Notes: generated by a model from the sequence alone, not told the origin. A stretch of DNA of 64,000 nucleotides from Desulfobacteraceae bacterium (GCA_027061725.1 JAMOVG010000027.1:2416-66415); one strand, 5' to 3'; counted from the stretch's first letter, positions 27,721-38,626 are shown. Numbers and translations are program-made.

Positions 27721-29598
27721 CTATACCTCCACGGATGAAAGCCCCAGAGCCTTGCGCTTGCCCTCGATGTGGCGCCGGATCAGCATGGCGGCCTTTTCCG
27801 GGTCGGGCTCCACGGCGAAGGTCGCGCCCACCACGTCGTTGAGACCTTCGGTCAGCAGGCCGACCACGTTGGCGCTGCCGGTCACCGGCGGCATGGGGCC
27901 CAGCACGGTGTAGACGCCCGAGGCCACGAAGTAGGTGCCGATGGTGGCGGCCTTTTCCGAGTACCACTCGGGGGCCGCCCCGGCCAGGGGCAGGTCGCTG
28001 ATGTCCACGCCCAGGGCGTCGGCCAGGGCCGAGGCCAGCACCAGAATGCGCACGTTGTCCACGCAGGAGCCCAGGTGCAGCACCGGCGGAATGCCCAAGG
28101 CGCCGCAGACTTCCTTCAGGCCCGGGCCGGCCATCTCGATGGCCTCGGGGACCTTCAGGCCCGCTTTGGCCGTAGCCACCGACACGCAGCCCGTGTCCAC
28201 CACCAGGATGTCGTTCTCGATGAGCCGCCTGGAGAGGGTCACGTGGCCGTAGTCGTGCTTGATCTTGGGGTTGTTGCAGCCCACGATACCGACGGCGCCG
28301 CGGATCTTGCCGGCCTTGATGGCGTCGAGCAGCGGCTCGGGCGTGCCGCCCAGGGCGCCCACGATGGCCTCCACCGAGAACCCGCCCACGGCGTTGACCG
28401 GCTGGACCGGGATGTAGACCTGCTTGCGTCGGGTGAAGTTCTCCACGGCCTCTCTGACCAACTCGGCGGCCATCTTCTCGGCATTGTCGGGGTGGAACTC
28501 GCGGTGCTCCATGCCCGGAAAACGCGCCTTGTCGCTGGTGCTGATCATGCGCGTGTGGTAGCAGCCGGCGATGGTGCCCAGCGACGGCATGATGCACTGG
28601 TAATCCACCAGCATCATCTCCACGGCGCCGGTGGAAAGCACCAGTTCGGTCATCAGGTGGTTGCCGGCCATGGGAATGCCGTGGCGCATGAGCAGCTCGT
28701 TGCCGGTGCAGCACACCCCGGCCAGGTTGATGCCGGCGGCGCCCTTTTCCCTGGCCAGGGCCAGCAGGTCGGGTGACTCGCAGGCCTTGAGGATCATCTC
28801 CGAGACCACCGGGTTGTGGCCGTGCACCACGATGTTGACCTGGTCCTCTCTGAGTACGCCCACGTTGACCGTGGTGGCTTTGGGCGACGGCACGCCGAAG
28901 AGGATGTCGGAAACCTCGGTGGCGATCATGGACCCGCCCCAGCCGTCGGACAGGGCGTTTCGCAGCCCCTGCAGCAGCAGGCTCTGCCAGCCGTTGTCGA
29001 CCCCCATGTGGGTGCGGTGCATCATCTCGGAGGTCTCGCGGTCGATGCCCCGCGGGGTGACGCCGATCTTTTCCCACAGCTGGCGGCGTTTTTCCGGCGC
29101 GCGGCTGAGCAGGGTCAGCGATTTGCGGCGCATGCCGTAGTCCTCCATCATGGCGTCGGCCACCTCGGCGGCGATGGCCAGCGTGTCCTTGCCGTCGGTT
29201 TCCACGCCGTACTCGGCGGCCACGCTCTTGAGCTTCTGCTCGTCGCGGATGCGGTAGCCCGGGGCCTTTCCGGCGGCCACGGCGGCCAGCACCTCCACCA
29301 GGTCGCGGCCGTGGTCCGAGTGGGAAGCCGCACCGGCGGCGATCATGCGGCACAGGTTGCGGGCCACGATGATGTCGGCGTCGGCGCCGCACACGCCCCG
29401 CTGGGGCCCTTCGCCGAAGGGGTCGATGCGGCAGGGGCCCATGATGCAGATACGGCAGCTCAGGCCGGTTTCACAGTAGCCGCACTGGGGCTGCTGGGCA
29501 TCGTGGCGCTGCCACACGGTTTCCACACCGTCCCGGCGGGTTTTCTCCAGCAGCAGCCGGGCATCTTCGGTAATGCTGATATTTTCAAATGTCGCCAT
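27721..29598 (-). CDS. cooS: Anaerobic Ni-Fe carbon monoxide dehydrogenase catalytic subunit
   Basis: N-terminal cluster Cys motifs are QPQCGYCETGLSCRICIMGPCRI and GVCGA. HGHNP, CCTGNE and HLGSCVDN are typical of CooS. Confidence 0.9.
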   Translation of the reverse strand: MATFENISITEDARLLLEKTRRDGVETVWQRHDAQQPQCGYCETGLSCRICIMGPCRIDPFGEGPQRGVCGADADIIVARNLCRMIAAGAASHSDHGRDLVEVLAAVAAGKAPGYRIRDEQKLKSVAAEYGVETDGKDTLAIAAEVADAMMEDYGMRRKSLTLLSRAPEKRRQLWEKIGVTPRGIDRETSEMMHRTHMGVDNGWQSLLLQGLRNALSDGWGGSMIATEVSDILFGVPSPKATTVNVGVLREDQVNIVVHGHNPVVSEMILKACESPDLLALAREKGAAGINLAGVCCTGNELLMRHGIPMAGNHLMTELVLSTGAVEMMLVDYQCIMPSLGTIAGCYHTRMISTSDKARFPGMEHREFHPDNAEKMAAELVREAVENFTRRKQVYIPVQPVNAVGGFSVEAIVGALGGTPEPLLDAIKAGKIRGAVGIVGCNNPKIKHDYGHVTLSRRLIENDILVVDTGCVSVATAKAGLKVPEAIEMAGPGLKEVCGALGIPPVLHLGSCVDNVRILVLASALADALGVDISDLPLAGAAPEWYSEKAATIGTYFVASGVYTVLGPMPPVTGSANVVGLLTEGLNDVVGATFAVEPDPEKAAMLIRRHIEGKRKALGLSSVEV

Positions 29599-29631
29599 GG
29601 TGATTCCTCCTCGCTGTCGGGCATGCGGTGG

Positions 29632-30222
29632 TTACAGGGAAAGCTCGGCCTTCTTGACGGCCATCAGCAGCGCCAAGGCCGGGGGAACGGCCGCCGTTTC
29701 GGCACCGGTCGACACGCTGCGGGCCACCTCGGCGGTCTTTCTGCGCATGGCCTCGTCCATCTCCTCGTAGGTCAGCGCGCCGCTCTTGCAGGCCTCGGTG
29801 CAGGCCGGTGCCAGCCCCTGGGCCACGCGCTGGTCGCAGTTGTCGCACTTGACGGCCACGGTTTTTCCCGGCGGCGCCACCGGGTCCTCATGGAAACGGA
29901 TCACGCCGTAAGGGCAGGCCATGGCGCAGGAGGCGCAGTTGATGCACTTGTCCGGGTCGATGAGCACGGTGCCGGTGTGCGCATCGCGGAAAATGGCGCC
30001 GGCCAGGCATGCCAGCAGGCAGGGAGCCGGATCGCAGTGGCGGCAGCGGTTGGGAAAACCCTCGTTGTACAGGCCGGCGCCCACGTGCACACGCGGCCGG
30101 GGGCGCGGCCTCTCGGCGAGCGCCGTGTAGAGCTGCCCGCTTCGGGAGTGGGCGACGGCGCAGGCCACCATGCACTGCATGCAGCCCACGCATCGTTCGG
30201 GGTGAACCACGACTTGTTTCAT
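29632..30222 (-). CDS. cooF: CooF-like 4Fe-4S ferredoxin-type iron-sulfur protein
   Basis: I trimmed the start to ATG 30222, with GAAAGGAG upstream. There are four Cys clusters: CVGCMQCMVAC, CRHCDPAPC, CINCASCAMACP and CDNC...C. Confidence 0.8.
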   Translation of the reverse strand: MKQVVVHPERCVGCMQCMVACAVAHSRSGQLYTALAERPRPRPRVHVGAGLYNEGFPNRCRHCDPAPCLLACLAGAIFRDAHTGTVLIDPDKCINCASCAMACPYGVIRFHEDPVAPPGKTVAVKCDNCDQRVAQGLAPACTEACKSGALTYEEMDEAMRRKTAEVARSVSTGAETAAVPPALALLMAVKKAELSL

Positions 30223-30260
30223 AACGGGCCCTCCTTTCGAAGATTGTCGGTTTTCAAAGG

Positions 30261-31496
30261 CTATCCCCAGCCCATCAGCTGCCGTACATTGAAGGACGGT
30301 TCCAGCAGCCTCTCGGGAGGGATCGCCAGGGGCGCGCGGTTGCGGATGAGCGAGAGCAGCACGCCGCCCTGCTCCACGGCGTTGATCAGCACGGCGCCCA
30401 CGGGCACGTTTTCGCGCAGCACCAGCTTGCGGTACATGCGCCGCCGGGGGTCCTGCCACGTCAGGGCGGTGCAGGTTCCGTCATCGGGCGGGTCGACCAG
30501 CCCCAGGGTCATGACGTCCAGGTCGAACACGCGCATGACGTTGCGGCCCAGGCTGCCGCGGTAGGCCACGGCCCGGCCGGCCATGTTCATTCCGGCGGTG
30601 CGGCCCTGCGCAGCAGCCTCCGGCCAGATGGCGTTGATCCAGGGCCGGCCGCGGGCGATGTCCGTGCACTGGGCCACGTCGCCGGCGGCGTAGACCCCTT
30701 CGGCACCGGTCTCCAGGTGTTTGTCGACCCGGATGCCCAGGTCCACATCGATCCGGTCAAGGGGAACGAAATCCAGTGCCGGCGTAACACCCTTGCCGAT
30801 GACCACCATATCGCAGGCCACTTTCCCGCCGTCGGAGAGCTGTGCGCCGGACACGCTGGTGCGGCCCTCGAAGGCGGTTACGCTGACCCCCACGCGCACC
30901 TCCAGCCCGTGATGCAGCAGTTCGTCCAGGATCATCTTTCCGGCGGTCTCGTCCACCTGCATGGAGAGCGGGTAGGCCGAGGTGATCAGCATGGTAACCC
31001 GGCACCCGCGCTTCATGAGGCCGTATGCGGCTTTGAAGCCCACCAACCCCCCGCCCAGCACCAAGGCCCTGCGCGTCCCGCCGAGGGCCGCCAGCATGGC
31101 CTGCACGTCCTCGCGCCGGCGCATGGTGAAGATGTTTTGCAACCCGTCGTTTTGCGCCTCGACGCGACGGGCGTCGGCGCCGGTGGCGATCAGCAGGCGG
31201 TCGAAGGGGACCGGCGCACGGCCCGCCAGCGCCACCCGGCGCGCCTGCAGGTCGATCGCGTCCACGCGCTTTCCCAGCAGGGCCGTCACACCGAGATCCT
31301 CGTAAAAACGCTCGGCGCGGATGGGCAGCTGTTCCGGCGCCGCCGAACCGTCCAGCAGCATGCTGATCATGGGCCGGCTGTAGGGCACCGTCTGCTCGTC
31401 GGAAATCATGGTGATGCCGGCGCGCGGGTCCATCCGGCGAATGGCTTCGGCGGCGCTGACGCCCGCGATTCCGTTTCCCAGAATGACATGTTGCAT
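30261..31496 (-). CDS. FAD/NAD(P)-dependent pyridine nucleotide-disulfide-family oxidoreductase (CODH-associated)
   Basis: There are two dinucleotide-binding motifs: VILGNGIAGVSAAEA and LVLGGGLVGFKAAYGL. It is the first gene of the cooF-cooS operon. Confidence 0.8.
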   Translation of the reverse strand: MQHVILGNGIAGVSAAEAIRRMDPRAGITMISDEQTVPYSRPMISMLLDGSAAPEQLPIRAERFYEDLGVTALLGKRVDAIDLQARRVALAGRAPVPFDRLLIATGADARRVEAQNDGLQNIFTMRRREDVQAMLAALGGTRRALVLGGGLVGFKAAYGLMKRGCRVTMLITSAYPLSMQVDETAGKMILDELLHHGLEVRVGVSVTAFEGRTSVSGAQLSDGGKVACDMVVIGKGVTPALDFVPLDRIDVDLGIRVDKHLETGAEGVYAAGDVAQCTDIARGRPWINAIWPEAAAQGRTAGMNMAGRAVAYRGSLGRNVMRVFDLDVMTLGLVDPPDDGTCTALTWQDPRRRMYRKLVLRENVPVGAVLINAVEQGGVLLSLIRNRAPLAIPPERLLEPSFNVRQLMGWG

Positions 31497-31581
31497 CGCA
31501 AACCTCCCTCCCGTCTTCCCGTCGGGGACAGGGCTATCCAGTCCACGACCCGCAACTTCGCGCTTTTGCGCCTGCAGCCGG

Positions 31582-33279
31582 TCAGAGCTTTCCCTTGCGC
31601 AGGATGGCGATCAGCAGCCAGAACCCCATGATGGCCGCCGCCAGAAAACCGATGATGCCGATAAGCGAGATGCCGTAAAACAGCGGCGGGGTGTCCGAAA
31701 CCACGATGAGTGCCGAACCGATGATCAGCGCGGCGATGATGATGGCAAAGGCAATGCGGTTGCTGATCTGGTCGTGGGTGGCCAGTAGGTCCGGCAGGCC
31801 GTGGTGCTCCAACCGGATGGGCAGCTTCTTCTGGCGCAGCAGCCGGGTGATTTCCAGCACGTCCTGGGGGAACTGCTGGCTGAAATGCTTGAGGTCCACC
31901 GCCGTCTGGAAGAGGTCCTGCAACAGGCGCCGGGGATTGTAGCGGTTGAGCTTTACCTTGCGGATGAAAGGCTCCGCCTGGCTGATCATATCGAAGTCGG
32001 GGTGCAGCAGGGCGCCAATGCCCTCGATGGTGCCCAGGGCCTTCATCATCAGGAAAAGATCCGGCTGGATGCGCATGCGGTGCTGGGCGGCCAGTTCCAG
32101 CAGGTCCTGCAGCAGCTTGCCCATGCGGATGTCCTTGAGGGGCACAAAGAGATGCTGGTTCATGAACTCGTCCACGTCCTTTTCCAGCTGCCGCAGGTCC
32201 GGCTCCTCGTCCCACAGCGAGAGCCGCAGCAGCACCCGCGTGGCCAGTCCCGGGCGCCGGTTCACCACGCAGTCCACCAGGTCGACGAAATCCTCCTTGG
32301 TCTTCTGGTCGATGCTGCCCACCTGGCCGAAGTCCAGCAGGCAAATGACGTTTTCCGGCAGCACAAACAGGTTGCCGGGATGCGGATCGGAGTGAAAGAA
32401 GCCGTGTTCAAAAATCTGCTTGAGGATGCAGTCGGCCCCCCGGTTGACCACGATGTGCGGATCGACACCGGCCGCCAGCATGGCGTCCACGTCGGAGATC
32501 TTGATGCCGTCCACGAATTCCATGGTCAGCACCTTGCTGGTAGTGGCGCTGCGGTACACGGCCGGGATGTAGATCTTGGGGTCGGTCAGGAAATTGCGGG
32601 CAAAGCGCTCGCCGTTGCCGGCTTCGGTGAGATAGTCGAGTTCCTTTTCCAGGGCTTTGGCGAACTCCTCGACTACCTTGACGGGCCGGTGAAAGGCCAT
32701 CTCCTCAATGTGCCGCTCCATCAGGGTGGCCAGATGCAGCATGATCTCCAGGTCGACCTCGACGATCTTGCGAATCCCCGGTCGCTGGACCTTGACGGCC
32801 ACGGAGTCGCCGTTCTTGAGGCGCGCCTGGTACACCTGGCCGATGGACGCCGAGGCCAGGGGGACGGGGTTGAAATCGTCGTAGACGTCTTCCAGGGGGG
32901 CGCCCAGCTCTTCCTCCAACACCCCGCGGGCCTCTTCGAAGGAGCAGGGCGGCACCTTGTCCTGCAGTTTTGCCAGTTCGGCCAGCAGGGGCACCGGCAC
33001 CAGGTCGGGGCGCGAAGACAGCACCTGGGCCAGCTTGATGAAGGTGGGCCCCAGTTCCTCGAAAGCCATGCGCAGCCGCTGGTAACGCGACAGGCGCTCC
33101 AGCCGCTCGCGGCGTTTGCGGGAAATCAGTTGCAGGCCGATCTCCAGGTACTGCTCGATCTTGAGCCGCTCCACCAGGTTGCCATACCCGTATTTAAAGA
33201 GGATGGTCAAAATCTGGCGGTAGCGGTTCAGATGCCGGTAGGTCCGGCCGACAACGCCGATTTTTCGGATACTAAGCAA
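31582..33279 (-). CDS. ubiB: ABC1/UbiB-family atypical kinase
   Basis: [51 protein letters not shown] and DFGQVG are present. The C-terminus has two TM helices. Confidence 0.85.
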   Translation of the reverse strand: MLSIRKIGVVGRTYRHLNRYRQILTILFKYGYGNLVERLKIEQYLEIGLQLISRKRRERLERLSRYQRLRMAFEELGPTFIKLAQVLSSRPDLVPVPLLAELAKLQDKVPPCSFEEARGVLEEELGAPLEDVYDDFNPVPLASASIGQVYQARLKNGDSVAVKVQRPGIRKIVEVDLEIMLHLATLMERHIEEMAFHRPVKVVEEFAKALEKELDYLTEAGNGERFARNFLTDPKIYIPAVYRSATTSKVLTMEFVDGIKISDVDAMLAAGVDPHIVVNRGADCILKQIFEHGFFHSDPHPGNLFVLPENVICLLDFGQVGSIDQKTKEDFVDLVDCVVNRRPGLATRVLLRLSLWDEEPDLRQLEKDVDEFMNQHLFVPLKDIRMGKLLQDLLELAAQHRMRIQPDLFLMMKALGTIEGIGALLHPDFDMISQAEPFIRKVKLNRYNPRRLLQDLFQTAVDLKHFSQQFPQDVLEITRLLRQKKLPIRLEHHGLPDLLATHDQISNRIAFAIIIAALIIGSALIVVSDTPPLFYGISLIGIIGFLAAAIMGFWLLIAILRKGKL

Positions 33280-33677
33280 AGCGCCGTCTCCCGCCCCGGT
33301 CGTCCGGCGAGGCGGACCGGGGCGTTCGCTTGAGGTTTTTTTCCGTGGGATTGCGGCCGCGGACCGCAGTTCATTTTAATACCGTTTCCCAAGGCTTATG
33401 GCAACGGTTAATTACGCCGCCAGGCGCCCGGAGCGGGCCAGGCCGGACCGCGGCGGCGGGGGTTCGCGCACCGGTCGGGGCACCCGCCCTATGGCTAAAA
33501 GTTCCTTGACTGATCCCACCGCCTGCCTTAGTTATTGTAAGCTCCATCGTTCATCAGCCGGCTGTCTGGCCGCGGGATTTCGGGCGGTGGCGTCTAGGGA
33601 AGCCCGCGGCACGACAACCGAAGCCCGGCCGCGGATTGCACGGTTCGGCCATTCAACTGGAAAGGAACGTTTTCGCC

Positions 33678-34427
33678 ATGCCATTTTCGATCGCCCTGGC
33701 CGGAAAAGGGGGTACAGGAAAGACTACCATCGCCGGCATGCTTGTCAAGTATCTGGTAAAGCACGGTAAAACACCTGTTCTGGCGGTGGACGCCGACTCC
33801 AACGCCAACCTCAATGAGGTGCTGGGGGTGGAGGTTACCGACACGTTGGGCAACGCCCGCGAGGACATGAAAAAGGGCAAGGTTCCCCAGGGGATGACCA
33901 AGGACATTTTCATGTCCATGCGCCTGGAGGAGGCCATCGTGGAGCACGAGGGCTTCGACCTGGTGGTCATGGGCCAGCCCGAAGGCGCCGGCTGCTACTG
34001 CGCGGCCAATACCCTGCTGACCGGTTTCCTGGAGCGCCTGACCGGCAACTATCCCTACATCGTCATGGACAACGAGGCCGGCATGGAGCACATCAGCCGC
34101 CTGACCACCAGCAACGTGGACATCCTGCTGATCGTCTCGGATACCTCCCGCCGGGGTCTGCAGGCCGCCGTACGCATCAACAAGCTGGCCGGCGAACTGA
34201 ACATCGGCGTCGGCAAGAGCTACCTGATCATCAACCAGGCCAAGGAGACGCCGCCGCCGGAGATGCTCAAGATCGCCAGCGACGGCGGCCTGGAGCTGAT
34301 CGGCATCGTTCCCGAAGACGACACGGTCTACGACTACGACCTCCAAGGGCGCCCGACCATCGAAATCGGCGAGGACAACCCGGCCGTAAGGGCCGTCTAC
34401 GAGATTTTCGACAAGGTGATACCGTAG
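33678..34427 (+). CDS. cooC: CooC/AcsF-type nickel-insertion ATPase (MinD/ParA superfamily)
   Basis: The P-loop is IALAGKGGTGKTT and the CxC metal-site region is GAGCYCAAN. I trimmed the start to ATG 33678. Confidence 0.8.
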   Translation: MPFSIALAGKGGTGKTTIAGMLVKYLVKHGKTPVLAVDADSNANLNEVLGVEVTDTLGNAREDMKKGKVPQGMTKDIFMSMRLEEAIVEHEGFDLVVMGQPEGAGCYCAANTLLTGFLERLTGNYPYIVMDNEAGMEHISRLTTSNVDILLIVSDTSRRGLQAAVRINKLAGELNIGVGKSYLIINQAKETPPPEMLKIASDGGLELIGIVPEDDTVYDYDLQGRPTIEIGEDNPAVRAVYEIFDKVIP

Positions 34428-34434
34428 CCCGGGG

Positions 34435-35397
34435 ATGCCCATGCAAAAGACAGGATTCGTTTACGACAAGAGATACCAGCTGCACGACACCGGCGACTAC
34501 CATCCCGAGGTGGCGGAACGCCTCGAAGCGGTCTACAAAGGCATCGAGGAGGCCGGACTGCTGCCCTACCTGACCCTCATCCCGGCCGTGCCGGCCAAGC
34601 CCAAGTGGATCGAGGCGGTACACGAAGTGGCGTACATCCGGCGCTTCGAGGAGCTGTGCCTCTGCGGGCGCCGGACCTTCGATTTCCCGGATAACCAAAT
34701 GTGCTGCGAGACCTACGAGGTGGCCAGCCTGGCCGTCGGCGGCGTGCTCAAGGCCGCCGAGATGATGATGAAGGGCGAAATCGACAACGCCTTCTGCGCC
34801 GTGCGCCCGCCGGGGCACCACGCCGAGGTCAACCAGGCCATGGGCTTCTGTTATTTCAATAACATCGCCATCTGCGCCCGCTACCTGCAGCAGGAGTGGG
34901 GCATCGGCCGGATCGGCATCTTCGATTTCGACGTACACCACGGCAACGGCACCCAGCACATTTTCGAAGAGGACGCGACGGTGCTGTACTACTCGGTGCA
35001 CGAACACCCCTCCTTCGCTTTTCCGGGGACCGGGCGCGCTTTCGAAAAGGGCACCGGCACCGGCACCGGCTACACCCGCAACTACCCGATTCTGCCCGGC
35101 CAGGGAGACGACGCCTACGACAAGATGCTCAAGGAGGATTTCGTGCCGGCGTTCGATGAATTCGCCCCCGAAGTCATCCTGGTGTCGGCCGGCTTCGACG
35201 CCCACGAAGACGACGACATGTCCGGCATTTCCCTCTCCACCGCGGGTTTTTCCCGGATCATGAAAACCGTGGTGGAACTGGCCGAACGGCATGCCGGCGG
35301 CCGCCTGATATCGGTTCTGGAGGGCGGCTACTCCATTCGGCGCCTGCCCGAGCTGGCCAGGGACCACATTGCCATTCTTCTGGGCAAGGACGTGTGA
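34435..35397 (+). CDS. Zn-dependent histone-deacetylase-family protein (acetoin utilisation/acetylpolyamine amidohydrolase-like)
   Basis: AVRPPGHHA, DFDVHHGNGTQ, SAGFDAH and EGGY motifs are present. Confidence 0.85.
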   Translation: MPMQKTGFVYDKRYQLHDTGDYHPEVAERLEAVYKGIEEAGLLPYLTLIPAVPAKPKWIEAVHEVAYIRRFEELCLCGRRTFDFPDNQMCCETYEVASLAVGGVLKAAEMMMKGEIDNAFCAVRPPGHHAEVNQAMGFCYFNNIAICARYLQQEWGIGRIGIFDFDVHHGNGTQHIFEEDATVLYYSVHEHPSFAFPGTGRAFEKGTGTGTGYTRNYPILPGQGDDAYDKMLKEDFVPAFDEFAPEVILVSAGFDAHEDDDMSGISLSTAGFSRIMKTVVELAERHAGGRLISVLEGGYSIRRLPELARDHIAILLGKDV

Positions 35398-35422
35398 ACA
35401 GGAGCACGGAAAGGAACCAGCC

Positions 35423-36103
35423 ATGTTCATCAACAATTCCATGACGCGCAAGGTGATCACCATCGGCCCCGACGCCGACATTTTCGAAGCCCAGCGCATG
35501 ATGAGCGAACACAACATCCGTCACCTGCCGGTGGTGGAGGGCGACAACAAACTCATCGGCATCGTCACCGACCGTGACCTGCGCAGCGCCATGCCGCTGG
35601 AATTTTTCAAGCACCAGGGCGACTGCCAGGAGGTGCGCGACAAGATCCAGGAAATGCGCATCCGGCAAATCATGACTCCCGACCCGACCACCATTACGCC
35701 GCACTACACCATCCAGGACGCGCTGCTGCTCATCCAGCAGCTGAAGGTCGGCGCCCTGCCGGTGGTGGACGACGAGGGGCGGCTGACGGGCATCATCTCG
35801 GTGCGTGACCTGCTGCGGGCCTTCATCAACGTGCTGGGAATCGGTGAACCGGGCACCCTGCTGTGCATCCTGGCCGAAGAGCGCATCGGCGAGATGAAGC
35901 GCATCGTGGACGCCATCACCGAGGAAAATATCTCGGTGGGCAGCATCCTGGTGGCCCGCTACTGGGACGAAAACAAGCGTGCCGTGTTCCCCTACCTGAT
36001 GACCAACAACGTGGTGCGCATCAAGAAGAAGCTGCAGGAACTGGGTTTCACGCTGCTCAATCCCATGGAGTGGTACCTGGACCAGCTGCCCAAGAATGAG
36101 TGA
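35423..36103 (+). CDS. CBS-pair domain protein with ACT-like C-terminus
   Basis: There are two CBS motifs: IRHLPVVEGDNKLIGIVTDRDL and VGALPVVDDEGRLTGIISVRDL. I trimmed the start to ATG 35423. Confidence 0.75.
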   Translation: MFINNSMTRKVITIGPDADIFEAQRMMSEHNIRHLPVVEGDNKLIGIVTDRDLRSAMPLEFFKHQGDCQEVRDKIQEMRIRQIMTPDPTTITPHYTIQDALLLIQQLKVGALPVVDDEGRLTGIISVRDLLRAFINVLGIGEPGTLLCILAEERIGEMKRIVDAITEENISVGSILVARYWDENKRAVFPYLMTNNVVRIKKKLQELGFTLLNPMEWYLDQLPKNE

Positions 36104-36962
36104 CGCCCGCGCCCCGCGTGTGAAGCCGGACGTGCGGTGCCCCTACGAAGACCTGTTCATCTATTACCTGCAGGGGCGCGTGGGGCCGGGTGCGCCGGCG
36201 CTTGAGGGGCTCATCGGGAACTGGGAGGAAGAAGAGACCACCTTTCTGTTCTTTTCGGCGCCGGCCGGAGAGCAGGTGCAGCGCCTGCTGGCGGCACAGC
36301 CCCACCTGCGGCTGGTGGACCACTACGAAATGCGCTACGACCAGTGGCAGGGGGACTCCCTGGAACCCTTTGCCGTGGGCCGTTTCCGGATCTCGCCGCC
36401 GTGGAAGCAGGCTTCGGCCGCTGCGGCAAACGGGTCGGCGGATCTGGACCTGGTGCTGGACCCGGGGCTGGTTTTCGGCACCGGCACCCACCCCACCACC
36501 CACGACTGCCTGGCGGCCCTGGAGACGGCCTGGGACCGGAGAACTCCCCGGAATGTGCTGGATCTGGGCACCGGCACCGGCCTGCTGGCCATCGCTGCAG
36601 CGCGCCTGGGGGCACACCGGGTGCTGGCCCTGGATCTTAACCTGTTGGCGGTGCACACCGCAGCGCGCAACATCGCCCTGAACCGCCTGGAGAGGCAGGT
36701 GCTGGCCGTGCAGGCGCGGGCCGAGGATTTCATCCACGTCCCGGCGGACCTGGTAATCGCCAACATCCACTTCGATGTCATGCGGCACCTGATCGAAGCG
36801 CCGGCCTTCCTGGCAGGCAGAGACTTCATCCTCTCGGGGCTGCTGCGCTCCGAGGCCCGGCACGTGGAAACCCGGCTGCTGCAGGCCGGCGCCAGGATCC
36901 ACCGCATCTGGGCTCACGAGGGGACTTGGTACACCTTCTGCGGCCGCACGGCCGTCAACTGA
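36096..36962 (+). CDS. prmA: Ribosomal protein L11 methyltransferase
   Basis: DPGLVFGTGTHPTTHDCL and VLDLGTGTGLLAIAAARLGA (SAM motif I) are present. Confidence 0.8.
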   Translation: MSDARAPRVKPDVRCPYEDLFIYYLQGRVGPGAPALEGLIGNWEEEETTFLFFSAPAGEQVQRLLAAQPHLRLVDHYEMRYDQWQGDSLEPFAVGRFRISPPWKQASAAAANGSADLDLVLDPGLVFGTGTHPTTHDCLAALETAWDRRTPRNVLDLGTGTGLLAIAAARLGAHRVLALDLNLLAVHTAARNIALNRLERQVLAVQARAEDFIHVPADLVIANIHFDVMRHLIEAPAFLAGRDFILSGLLRSEARHVETRLLQAGARIHRIWAHEGTWYTFCGRTAVN

Positions 36963-36975
36963 AGCGGAGGCAGAC

Positions 36976-37815
36976 ATGCAGATAACCTGCTGGGGATCTA
37001 GGGGGTCCATTCCGGTATCCGGAAACAGCTACCTCCGCTACGGCGGCGACACCACCTGCCTCGAGATTCGGGCGGCCAGCGGCGAGATCATCATCGTCGA
37101 TGCGGGCACCGGCATCCGCCGCCTGGGCAATCGGCTTATCGAAGAACCGCAGCGTCTCTACCATTTCATCATCACCCACGCCCACTGGGACCACCTGATG
37201 GGGTTTCCCTTCTTCAAGCCGCTCTACGAGGTGGACGCGGTGTTCAAAATGCACCGCTGCCCCTTTCCCAAGAAATTCGTGGAAAACATGATCACCCGCA
37301 TCATGACGCCGCCCAACTTTCCCGTGCGCTACTCGGCCCTGAAGGCCGAGATCAGCTACGAACAGGCCTGCCCCACGGCCTTTTCCATCGGGACGGTAAC
37401 CGTGGAACCCATTCCGCTGTCGCACCCCAACATGGGCAGCGGCTACCGCTTCACCGAGAACGGCAAAACCTTCGTCTTTCTGACGGACAACGAGTTGGGA
37501 TACACCCACCCCGGCGGGCGCTCCTTCGGTGAGTACGTCCGCTTCTGCGCCGATGCGGACCTGCTGTTCCACGATGCCGAGTATACCCCCGCCGAGTACG
37601 ACCGCCAAATCCTGTGGGGCCACTCGGCCTACACCGAGGCGCTGGACCTGGCCCTGGCGGCGGGTGTGCGCCGTTTCGGCCTGTTTCATCACAACCAGGA
37701 ACGCAGTGACGCCCAGGTGGATGAAATCGTGCAGGACTGCCGCCGCATCGTGGCCGAACGGAACACGCACCTGGACTGCTTCGGCGTTGGGGCCGACATG
37801 GTGTTCACCCTGTGA
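36976..37815 (+). CDS. MBL-fold metallo-hydrolase
   Basis: It has an HxHxDH-type motif (IITHAHWDHLMG) and GGDTTCLEI is also present. Confidence 0.75.
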   Translation: MQITCWGSRGSIPVSGNSYLRYGGDTTCLEIRAASGEIIIVDAGTGIRRLGNRLIEEPQRLYHFIITHAHWDHLMGFPFFKPLYEVDAVFKMHRCPFPKKFVENMITRIMTPPNFPVRYSALKAEISYEQACPTAFSIGTVTVEPIPLSHPNMGSGYRFTENGKTFVFLTDNELGYTHPGGRSFGEYVRFCADADLLFHDAEYTPAEYDRQILWGHSAYTEALDLALAAGVRRFGLFHHNQERSDAQVDEIVQDCRRIVAERNTHLDCFGVGADMVFTL

Positions 37816-37846
37816 CCCGGCCAATGACCAAAAGGGAGACGACCGC

Positions 37847-38626
37847 ATGACTCCTCCGACCGTTGATACCGCATTGCTGCAGCGGGCCGCCGCCGATATC
37901 GCCCGCTCCCGCCGCACCCTGGCCCTCACCGGGGCCGGCATCTCGGTGGAGAGCGGCATTCCCCCTTTTCGCGGAAAGGGCGGCTTGTGGGAAAAAATCG
38001 ACCCCATGAAGTACGCCCACATCGACGCCCTGGTCAAGGACCCCGAAACCGTCTGGCGGGTCCTGATCAAGGATATGAAAGAAGTACTGGACCGCGCCCG
38101 GCCCAACGACGCTCACAGGGGGTTGGCGCGCCTGGAGGAAATGGGGCTGCTCCAAACGGTCATCACCCAGAACATCGACGGGCTGCACCAGGCGGCCGGC
38201 AGCCGTGACGTGATCGAGTTTCATGGCAGCTTCGCGCGGCAGCGCTGCATGGACTGCGGGCGCAAAATGGCCACGGCAGACGTGGAGCTGCATGAACTGC
38301 CCCCGCGCTGCAGATGCGGCGGCGTGCTGCGGCCCGAGGCGATTTTCTTCGGCGAACTCATCCCACCCGAGCACCTGCTGCGATCCCAGCAACTGGCGGC
38401 CGCCTGCGACACCATGCTGGTCATCGGCACATCGGCCGTGGTACAGCCTTTCGCCAGCCTGCCGGTCATCGCTCGCGGCGCAGGCGCCACGGTCATCGAG
38501 ATCAATCCGGAAAAAACGCCCCTGACCGGAGAGATCAGCGACTACCTGCTGGCCGGAAAGGCCGGGCAGGTCATGCGCGCTCTGGTCGACATCATCGAAA
38601 AGGAGCTTCGCGAAACACGCCCATGA
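37847..38626 (+). CDS. cobB: NAD-dependent protein deacylase (Sir2/CobB family)
   Basis: GAGISVESGIPPFRG, TQNIDGLH and the Zn ribbon CMDCG...CRCGG are present, as is GTSAVVQP. I trimmed the start to ATG 37847. Confidence 0.85.
   Translation: MTPPTVDTALLQRAAADIARSRRTLALTGAGISVESGIPPFRGKGGLWEKIDPMKYAHIDALVKDPETVWRVLIKDMKEVLDRARPNDAHRGLARLEEMGLLQTVITQNIDGLHQAAGSRDVIEFHGSFARQRCMDCGRKMATADVELHELPPRCRCGGVLRPEAIFFGELIPPEHLLRSQQLAAACDTMLVIGTSAVVQPFASLPVIARGAGATVIEINPEKTPLTGEISDYLLAGKAGQVMRALVDIIEKELRETRP

Noticed and set aside
33398-33769. A 123-aa ORF lies in the ubiB-cooC divergent intergenic region.
   Set aside because: It is Arg-rich low-complexity sequence and overlaps the cooC start and RBS. 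It is more likely promoter space.
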